This document shows positions 57,045 to 64,000 of a stretch of DNA of 64,000 nt, piece by piece. A program made the position numbers and the translations under genes. A model generated the notes under the pieces. That model was not told the origin of the DNA. It was given only the letters and a program-made list of their open reading frames with translations, and did not search any database. This DNA is from a virus. Lineage: Duplodnaviria; Caudoviricetes. Location of the stretch: the IMG/VR virus record IMGVR_UViG_3300032280_000442, positions 244,575 to 308,574 of that record. One strand, 5' to 3'. Position 1 is the first letter of the stretch; the number at the start of each line of letters is the position of its first letter.

Positions 57045-58955
57045 ATGGCAGTAAAGTATTGGTATGTCGCAAATAACGGTAATGGTCTTTGGGCTGCTAC
57101 TGCAAATTGGTACTTTGGACCAGGAGGTACCGGAGGGATTGCAGGAATACCAACTTCTTCTGACGATGCAATAGTTGATGAAAATTCAGGTAGTGGTACA
57201 TTAACTATTGGGGGTACATCATCTTGTTCAAGTTTAGACGTATCCAATTTCAACGGAACAGTGGCAGGAGCAGGTGCGTTGAATATTACAACCAAATCGG
57301 TAGATAGTATCCCTATTTTATATTTGGGGGGAACTTGGAATTACACAGGAACAATATCATTTTTGGGGGTCGCGATATCTGGATGGATTTATGGAAATGG
57401 AAGAACTCACAGAGGAAATGTTACTGTCAATGCCCCATCTGGTACTTTTGCTTTTGAGGGTGATTGGATTTCAACAGGTTTATTTTTACTTACTTCAGGT
57501 ACCGTAATAGGATATTATATATCCTTTGGTGCAATGTCTTTATCAAATTCAAACACCAGAAGATTTGACTGTTATATTTTAGGTTTATCAGGTACAGGGA
57601 CTATTTTAAGTGTTACAACTCAAACTAATTTAACTTGGTCTGTTAGCGAGATATATTTAACAAGTGTGTTATCAATAGCAAAAGTCGTTTCACTCTCTAA
57701 TTTGGTTTGTTGTGATATCCTATACCTACAAGGGGCAGGTGCGAGTACAACAACAATTACTGCAGGAGCAACCTCACTTATAAAACCTCAAGTGTATATT
57801 CAAAAATTAGACGGTACCGTAACTTTTGGAACAAGTACCGTTTCTTATCTCGAATTTACAGAAGGGTCCGCAATTACTTGGGCAGGAACTGCGGTTATGA
57901 CCATACTTTACGATTTAATTTTATGTAATTCAATGAGTGTAACTTTTTCTAGTTCACTTAATTTTACCGAAGGTGGTACTTTTCGTACATTTAATAAACA
58001 ATTTACAGGAAACCTTACTGTTAGTTCATTTGCATCTTTAGATGTGTTTGGAGATTATAACTCAACATCTGTATCAACTTCGGCAATAAATTTATCAACA
58101 GGTGGTAATGTGCTTTTTTACGGAAATGTTTCTGTTGGAGGGACTATTATTATCGGACCAAATAATGCGTATCTTTTTAATTATCAAACATTAACTTGTA
58201 CTCGTATATCATTAACTGGAGGTATATTATTTATAGGTGGTGACGTTAATGTTAGTACTGTTGCCATATCCAATAGTGAGATTACAGTACTACCAGCAGG
58301 ACCATATACATACAATAGTGTGGTAATTGGTGTACTGTCAGGTAAACCAATAATTAATATTAGCACAAGCCTTTTAGGTTCGGGAGGAACATTTAGGTCG
58401 GTTAATTTAGGGAATTCTACAGTTAATTTAAATGGTAGTTCAGGTACATTGTGGAGTTTAACAAATGACGGTAATTTAGCTGTTGGAGGAGGAGATTATA
58501 CTATAAATATAACAGACAAATCGGGTGGATACGTAAATTTTAATGCTAGTGCTGGAGGAATAACTTACAATCGACTTGTTTTAGATAGAGGTGGTTTTGA
58601 CCCGCATACAGAGATTCAAGGTGCTGGAACATATAATCAATTTGTAAGTCTCACAACTGTTTTCAGTCAAATATTTTTTGATTCGGGTCAAACTGTTTAT
58701 TTTAATAGACCACCTGAGTTTGGAAATTGGTCAACTTATACAAATGTAGCTTCAACATCTACATCAAATGTGACTTTCGTATTAAGTTCTGAAAACTCTA
58801 ACCCTATTGTAATATCAAACAATCTTTATATAGCTGAAATCACCGCATTACCAATAAATACTTGGTATGCAATAAATTCTTTCTCAAATGGAGGTGACTT
58901 AAATTTTATTTATCAAATGCCCCCAAGAAGATTGGGTGTTGGTGGTGCAGGATAA
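57045..58955 (+). CDS. Beta-helix tail spike/adhesin-like protein
   Basis: YWYV..G.W....NW....GG...IPTSSDDAIVDENSG N-terminus; Gly/Thr/Ser-rich beta repeats. Confidence 0.6.
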   Translation: MAVKYWYVANNGNGLWAATANWYFGPGGTGGIAGIPTSSDDAIVDENSGSGTLTIGGTSSCSSLDVSNFNGTVAGAGALNITTKSVDSIPILYLGGTWNYTGTISFLGVAISGWIYGNGRTHRGNVTVNAPSGTFAFEGDWISTGLFLLTSGTVIGYYISFGAMSLSNSNTRRFDCYILGLSGTGTILSVTTQTNLTWSVSEIYLTSVLSIAKVVSLSNLVCCDILYLQGAGASTTTITAGATSLIKPQVYIQKLDGTVTFGTSTVSYLEFTEGSAITWAGTAVMTILYDLILCNSMSVTFSSSLNFTEGGTFRTFNKQFTGNLTVSSFASLDVFGDYNSTSVSTSAINLSTGGNVLFYGNVSVGGTIIIGPNNAYLFNYQTLTCTRISLTGGILFIGGDVNVSTVAISNSEITVLPAGPYTYNSVVIGVLSGKPIINISTSLLGSGGTFRSVNLGNSTVNLNGSSGTLWSLTNDGNLAVGGGDYTINITDKSGGYVNFNASAGGITYNRLVLDRGGFDPHTEIQGAGTYNQFVSLTTVFSQIFFDSGQTVYFNRPPEFGNWSTYTNVASTSTSNVTFVLSSENSNPIVISNNLYIAEITALPINTWYAINSFSNGGDLNFIYQMPPRRLGVGGAG

Positions 58956-58983
58956 AAAAAAGTGAGGTGTTACCCCCACTTTT

Positions 58984-60009
58984 TTACAACTTTTTGAATT
59001 CCGGTCTAATTAAATTCCATATAATTTCAGAATAATCTTTTTTATCAAACATTCTGAATAGAATCCCTGACATATGTTTAGGTTGAGTTGATACCCACTC
59101 AGCAAACTCTTTTCTATCAGTGATAGGTTCTTGGTCGTTATATTTCCCATACATTTTATAGTCAAACTTTTTACCAACATCTTCAGATATTTGAAAGTAA
59201 TAATATTTTAATTCTTTGATGTAGTTTTCAATTTTTTTGTAGAACTCATCCGGAACATCTTTTAATAGTTCCATAACATCCTCACCATTTTTCAAATACT
59301 CCCAAATACCGGTTGTGGTTACGTTGGTCATTATTTTATGAAGACGAAGATACTCCACCCCCTTAACTTTGATTCTATCTCCGTTGGAGAACTTCACTAC
59401 GAACCCTTCTTGGTCGTTTTTAACCATTTCTTTAAGTTGTTTGTAGTCTTTGATACCGTCATATTTTTTAACCACGTCAAACCCCCATTGTGACCAAATT
59501 GAGGAATCGGTTTCTTTTCCGTTCTTATCAAAGGTTCCCAATAAAACTAGTTTTTCATCAGTACCATAATCCAAAACAATTCTATTTTCCGGATAGATGA
59601 TTTCAAAGCAGAAAGTCAGATGTCTGAACATTATGTCAGTATTATATTTTCTTAAGATTTCTCTTGCTTTGTTTGCTTGGTCTGAGGTGAATGAACCACG
59701 AGTGGCAACCACCCATTGACCTCGATACCAAAATACGATACCCAATGAACCGTCCATTTTTTCATAAACCTCAAACTTTTCGGTTGGTTCAAATTTACCT
59801 TCTTCTATGTTGAAGAACTTTTGGAATGGAGTTGCAACTATATCTCCGGTGTCGTCGGTAACTAAACCTCTACACATAAGAGTCACCTCATCCCACAGGT
59901 TTTCGTACTGAACTTTTTCAGTATAATTCCATATGGTTAATGGAAGTGATGGATGTACTTGTTTGTAAAGTAATCCGTCTTCGTAATATTTGTTTAGTTT
60001 TTCTAACAT
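58984..60009 (-). CDS. RNA ligase (T4 Rnl1-like)
   Basis: KFFN; YEKMDGSLG (motif I); FEII; EGFVV; RIKVK. Confidence 0.9.
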   Translation of the reverse strand: MLEKLNKYYEDGLLYKQVHPSLPLTIWNYTEKVQYENLWDEVTLMCRGLVTDDTGDIVATPFQKFFNIEEGKFEPTEKFEVYEKMDGSLGIVFWYRGQWVVATRGSFTSDQANKAREILRKYNTDIMFRHLTFCFEIIYPENRIVLDYGTDEKLVLLGTFDKNGKETDSSIWSQWGFDVVKKYDGIKDYKQLKEMVKNDQEGFVVKFSNGDRIKVKGVEYLRLHKIMTNVTTTGIWEYLKNGEDVMELLKDVPDEFYKKIENYIKELKYYYFQISEDVGKKFDYKMYGKYNDQEPITDRKEFAEWVSTQPKHMSGILFRMFDKKDYSEIIWNLIRPEFKKL

Positions 60010-60019
60010 AATTTTTTAA

Positions 60020-60403
60020 TTAAAGTTTCATCTCGAAACGATTTTTCATTATTTCCAATTTATCTTCCGGAACCCCGTGTTCATTAACTCCTCCGTGTCT
60101 GTTTTCAACAATTAAAGAGTAAACTCTATATCCGTGTTTTTCAGCCAAGTCAAAGTATGGTTGCATTTCCCACTCTTGTGTAAATGTGTTTGACACCACA
60201 ACTTTTTTGTTTTTATTTTCCATAAAAACTCTTACAGCATTTTGACACCAATTGTGAGCATCTTTTAATTTGGTAACGTCAAATTCATACTTACCTTCAT
60301 AGGTAAAGTATTTATCCGCTTCCATATGCGACCCCCCTAATGATTCAGCCAACGTTGATTTACCACTTCCGGGTAATCCTCTTAATAAAAATAATTCTTT
60401 CAT
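60020..60403 (-). CDS. P-loop polynucleotide kinase-like protein
   Basis: LLRGLPGSGKST; EADKYF; VSNTF; HGVP. Confidence 0.8.
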   Translation of the reverse strand: MKELFLLRGLPGSGKSTLAESLGGSHMEADKYFTYEGKYEFDVTKLKDAHNWCQNAVRVFMENKNKKVVVSNTFTQEWEMQPYFDLAEKHGYRVYSLIVENRHGGVNEHGVPEDKLEIMKNRFEMKL

Positions 60404-60404
60404 A

Positions 60405-60608
60405 TTATTTAATGTATTGTCGTTTAAATTTTGTTTGTTTCTCGTTTAATATAATAATGTATTTTTTCCCGGATTTGGTTTTATAAACCTGAAATCTCAT
60501 CGTATCAATATAATGCCATTCATCAGTATATGAATGTTCATAGATTCTTTTTTCAACATTACAAGACACTAAACCAAAGAATAATAATAGTAAAATTAAT
60601 TTTTTCAT
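60405..60608 (-). CDS. Small lipoprotein
   Basis: MKKLILLLLFFGLVSC lipobox. Confidence 0.6.
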   Translation of the reverse strand: MKKLILLLLFFGLVSCNVEKRIYEHSYTDEWHYIDTMRFQVYKTKSGKKYIIILNEKQTKFKRQYIK

Positions 60609-60898
60609 TATACTTCACACTCTTTTAAATGTTTAACAATTTTTTCAATACCTTCAACGTCATCAGGATTGATAATAAACTCATCAAAGGCACCATATCT
60701 TGATTGATACCCAAAAATATATTTCAAACCATAACCAACTCTTTGCCAAAATGGTCGTTTAACCAAATGTGTGTGAATATAAACCATTGGATATGTTATT
60801 CCGTCAATTTCATCCTCAGAATACATTACCACCATTTGATGTTCCGTGTTATGACAGGAACACACAAATAAATCTTTTTTTGTTTGTTTAATTCTCAT
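60608..60898 (-). CDS. Hypothetical protein
   Basis: CSCHNTEH motif; coupled ORF. Confidence 0.6.
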   Translation of the reverse strand: MRIKQTKKDLFVCSCHNTEHQMVVMYSEDEIDGITYPMVYIHTHLVKRPFWQRVGYGLKYIFGYQSRYGAFDEFIINPDDVEGIEKIVKHLKECEV

Positions 60899-60899
60899 A

Positions 60900-61562
60900 T
60901 TACTTTCTTTTTTTACCGTCTTCAGTTATTACCTCATCTATGTGGTGGTCAAATAACATATCTGACACAATCTCACGTTTATCCATCATTCTTATGACAT
61001 CGTCCATATCATAAACACCAAAATTTGGATTACCATCAATCCCAACATCCATTTTTTTACCTTTACCAAATCTTAAATTTGTTGGAAGGTGTACGTGTCC
61101 GTGAAGGTGGATGTGACCTTTATTTAAACCATCCCACGACGCAATCGGGAAATGACATAACACAAATGTTTTGAATTTATAAGTTAATCTTGTGTAGTGA
61201 TTAACACTTGAGAATAATTCTTGAATGTTATCTCTATTTTTTTCAATATGTTCGTCGTGATTACCTAATATAAGGTGTATCTCTTTACACACAATTCTAT
61301 CTCTAAAAACTTTTATATTTTCAAAACCACCAAAACTCCAATCACCCAAGTGAATCAAAACATCGTCTTGACCAACAACACTATTAATGTTATTCACAAT
61401 AACTTCGTTCATTTGTTCAATCGTGTTGAAATCTCGGGTTTGGTCTATTGGAATACTCCCGTCAGGTAATCTCCACCCGGTTACACCACGACATATATTT
61501 TTATGTCCGTAGTGTGTGTCGGAGATTATCCATACCTTCCTATCTTTATCTATCTTAATCAT
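60900..61562 (-). CDS. Calcineurin-like metallophosphoesterase
   Basis: SDTH; HLGD; GNHD; HGHVH. Confidence 0.9.
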   Translation of the reverse strand: MIKIDKDRKVWIISDTHYGHKNICRGVTGWRLPDGSIPIDQTRDFNTIEQMNEVIVNNINSVVGQDDVLIHLGDWSFGGFENIKVFRDRIVCKEIHLILGNHDEHIEKNRDNIQELFSSVNHYTRLTYKFKTFVLCHFPIASWDGLNKGHIHLHGHVHLPTNLRFGKGKKMDVGIDGNPNFGVYDMDDVIRMMDKREIVSDMLFDHHIDEVITEDGKKRK

Positions 61563-62052
61563 ACTGCAAATCTAATTCTTTTTTTCCAAACCAAAATGGT
61601 TTTTCTCTGTTTTTCCAAGAAGCTAAATCACTTTTGGCTCCCATATAATAATTTCTATAAGATTCCACAACAGAATCTACCTTAAACTCATCCGGCATTG
61701 CTCTCGCCGGAGTAGTAAAACCAATGTCCGGAATGTTTGGTTTGTTTATAATACACCAATTAATCACATCTATTGATTTGTGTCTTTTACCATACCTGTA
61801 GGTATATTCTTTTCCAAGTTCCAACCCCAACTCACACAAATACAAATAGTTTGATAAACTCTCACGAGCCCAAATAGCACAAGGGTGATTCTTATGTGAT
61901 AACTTGTACGGTACTTGGTCGGTAGCTTGGTCGGTTACGTGGTGAACACCACATAACAACTGAGCCGTTTCCAAAATCATTTTAACTACGTGTTTATCTA
62001 CGTGGTATTTTGCCGACAACGTCGGATTCTCATCTAAGAAAAATATATTCAT
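61555..62052 (-). CDS. Pyrimidine-dimer DNA glycosylase-like protein
   Basis: MNIFFLD...HVDKHVVKMILETAQLL; HKNHPC; YRNYY. Confidence 0.75.
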   Translation of the reverse strand: MNIFFLDENPTLSAKYHVDKHVVKMILETAQLLCGVHHVTDQATDQVPYKLSHKNHPCAIWARESLSNYLYLCELGLELGKEYTYRYGKRHKSIDVINWCIINKPNIPDIGFTTPARAMPDEFKVDSVVESYRNYYMGAKSDLASWKNREKPFWFGKKELDLQYD

Positions 62053-62501
62053 TATACGTGTGGTATTTGGACTCTAACACAAGTTTGTGCTTGACCCTCG
62101 TTCATATAAAAATTGTTTAAATATCCCATTATGTTTGCACTACCAATTGGATTTGCTGAATGAACATATACAATTGGAAACACAAATTTATCCGCCTTTC
62201 TCTCACTTCTACTCATATTGAATCTACCCTCATTTGTATTGTGAAATAAAGCAACCAAGAACTTAGCTGCGTCATATCCGGTTTTTTCTTCAATATTGTT
62301 GTAATCCAAAGTATAATTTGGAGAAACATTATCGAAGTATTCTTTCATTGCAGTATCACCCAAATCGTGGTCCAATGATATAATATCAATTTTACCCAAC
62401 CCAACTTCATTAACTTTACTAACGAATTCATCATAATTTCTTACAACAATCCAATTATCTCCGATTGGAGTTCTTACGTCATCTAAATAAATTCTACACA
62501 T
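62052..62501 (-). CDS. Cyclic-phosphate-processing receiver-like domain protein
   Basis: IYLDDVR; ISLDHDLG; TGYD; VHSANPIG; start 62501 lies downstream of TATCTTTG promoter at 62519-26. Confidence 0.75.
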   Translation of the reverse strand: MCRIYLDDVRTPIGDNWIVVRNYDEFVSKVNEVGLGKIDIISLDHDLGDTAMKEYFDNVSPNYTLDYNNIEEKTGYDAAKFLVALFHNTNEGRFNMSRSERKADKFVFPIVYVHSANPIGSANIMGYLNNFYMNEGQAQTCVRVQIPHV

Positions 62502-62603
62502 ACCTATTAATTTTGATACAAAGATAGTCAAATTTTTAATATAAAAAAATCCATCACGAAAAAATGATGGATTTAATTTGAAACCTTGTTATTAGTTTAT
62601 TTT

Positions 62604-63464
62604 TTAGAATTTGTTCCCACAAGAAGAACAAAATTTATCGGAATCCTTTTTTCTTTTTTTTCCACAGTTAGTACAATATACTTTTAGGTCTTGTTTCTCA
62701 TATACCTTTTGTGACATAGGAAGAATCTTCCATACTGAACTTGCACAAGTGTGATGATTAAAAGTTTTATCTACAGTTTTGAAAGATTGGTCAGATGAAC
62801 CACCTTTTTCAACTCTACCGGTTTCAATAGAGTCCATAGATAACATATCCATAGTAACCTCACTACGAGAATTACCTTTAGATTTTTTTAATCTTGATGT
62901 GGCACTTCGTAAGTTTGGACCAGCAAAAGTGTTACTCATTGATGTGGTATTAAAATTAACACCTGCAGTATTACTTGATGATATAAATGACACATTATTA
63001 CTTAATGTTGTATTAACATATCCACCTGAAATAGTATTGGTGTTGTAAGTGTTACAAGTCGGTATACCAAATGAACCAGCAACATAAGTTATAGGGTTAT
63101 TCCACACCGGTTGTTTATATTCATCAAAGAAGTCAATAACAACATCCCCATTTCCTGAGATGGCATCCAATACCTCATTTGATGTGCCGTCAACTTCATA
63201 AGTTTCAAACTTAAATTTACGAGCGTCGTCAAGGTATCTCTCAAGAAATACTCTTTGTCCCGGTTTAAGAACAATTCCTCCTCCGGAAATATAACTTCCG
63301 TCAAGTTTGATTTTTGCTAATACTGTGGTTGATGATGGGTTAAATAATTCTAGTTCGAATTCTTCCCCGTTGTTTAGATAGACAGTTTGTCCAAATTGTT
63401 TAAGACGTTTTCTGTCTTTTGAGATGTACGCACAAGGCGTACCTGTTTTTGTTTGGTAATACAT
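62604..63464 (-). CDS. Hypothetical protein with C-terminal zinc ribbon
   Basis: CTNCG...FCSSCG; VFLERYLD. Confidence 0.7.
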   Translation of the reverse strand: MYYQTKTGTPCAYISKDRKRLKQFGQTVYLNNGEEFELELFNPSSTTVLAKIKLDGSYISGGGIVLKPGQRVFLERYLDDARKFKFETYEVDGTSNEVLDAISGNGDVVIDFFDEYKQPVWNNPITYVAGSFGIPTCNTYNTNTISGGYVNTTLSNNVSFISSSNTAGVNFNTTSMSNTFAGPNLRSATSRLKKSKGNSRSEVTMDMLSMDSIETGRVEKGGSSDQSFKTVDKTFNHHTCASSVWKILPMSQKVYEKQDLKVYCTNCGKKRKKDSDKFCSSCGNKF

Positions 63465-63633
63465 AATTTCCTTATTTTATTTTTATGTTTATTGAACTTC
63501 ACTTCGTTGGTATCATTTCCAACTCAAATGCCTCTGTGGACACGTGAACCTCAGCAACAAGGTTTCAGTAATAAATATAAGGTGTTTTATTTTGTTGTAA
63601 ATAAAAACCTCCAAGTTTCCTTGAAGGTTATTG

Positions 63634-63706
63634 TGGTCCCGGAGAATTACGATATCCCGACTTCTACATTATGAGTGTAGCACTCTGACCTCTGAGTTAC
63701 GAGACC
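63634..63706 (-). tRNA. tRNA with CAT anticodon (elongator Met or Ile2), atypical T loop, CCA not encoded
   Basis: GGTCTCG/CGGGACC; ACTC/GAGT; CTACA-CTCATAA-TGTAG; T loop ATCGTAA. Confidence 0.8.
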
Positions 63707-63745
63707 ATTTATGGGGTTTTAGTGTCCCCAAAAACACTTAATTAA

Positions 63746-63994
63746 CTATTGGTGGTGTTTGATATACCTACCAAATTTATCAACCCTCACAGAGAGTTTC
63801 TCCAATCTAAAGTTCCATTGTTTGAACTTTCCTAAGCCCGATTTCATTCGTGCTTGTTTAATTGCAGATTCCTCTGCCTTCTCACGTCCCTCTTCCGTAG
63901 TTTCTACGAAAAAAGTGGGAGCCTGAACACCGTTATAAACGGGAACTACTCTCCAAATTCTCAATTTCTGAGTCATAATACTTGAACTAGTCAA
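63746..63994 (-). CDS. Hypothetical protein
   Basis: ORF near window edge; start uncertain. Confidence 0.5.
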   Translation of the reverse strand: MTSSSIMTQKLRIWRVVPVYNGVQAPTFFVETTEEGREKAEESAIKQARMKSGLGKFKQWNFRLEKLSVRVDKFGRYIKHHQ

Positions 63995-64000
63995 GCACTA

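Noticed and set aside
1331-63674. Numerous short opposite-strand or alternate-frame ORFs (e.g. 6563..6919, 28797..29114, 36736..37131, 40911..41183, 41940..42338, 49470..49685, 63453..63674)
   Set aside because: Shadows of well-supported genes or RNAs, with no motifs or expression signals
1-64000. Stop-codon reassignment (alternative genetic code), as seen in some large phages
   Set aside because: Core genes are full length under code 11 and coding density is high

Overview
AT-rich segment of a large T4-like (Caudoviricetes, myovirus-type) phage genome. The host is most likely Bacteroidota, because host-type TAnnTTTG promoters, a Bacteroidota-style bS21 and a Gly-initiated tmRNA tag are all present. 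1-13.1 kb is a glycan synthesis locus (GT11, GT47-like, GT4 and GT2 transferases, gmd, fcl/colC, His-type ColD-like dehydratase, phoH). It is followed by a gp55-like late sigma factor and baseplate/virion genes (13-21 kb), then the head module (major capsid, scaffold, prohead protease, bS21, portal, terminase; 22.6-35.3 kb). Next come putative head proteins, an N-domain-less ClpC and a cluster of cell-wall enzymes carrying shared N-terminal leaders (35-49 kb). The most unusual part is an RNA island at 49.1-52.2 kb. It holds a tmRNA with a 22-residue tag plus SmpB, a ~840-nt highly structured GOLLD-like RNA behind an rRNA-operon-like boxB/boxA leader, and two unassigned structured RNAs. It also holds three aberrant tRNA-like RNAs, one of them circularly permuted (T arm - closed acceptor - D arm, YrlA-like topology). 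Tail-fibre genes, an RNA end-healing/ligation operon and a tRNA(CAT) follow. All assignments come from motif recognition by eye; no database searches were run.
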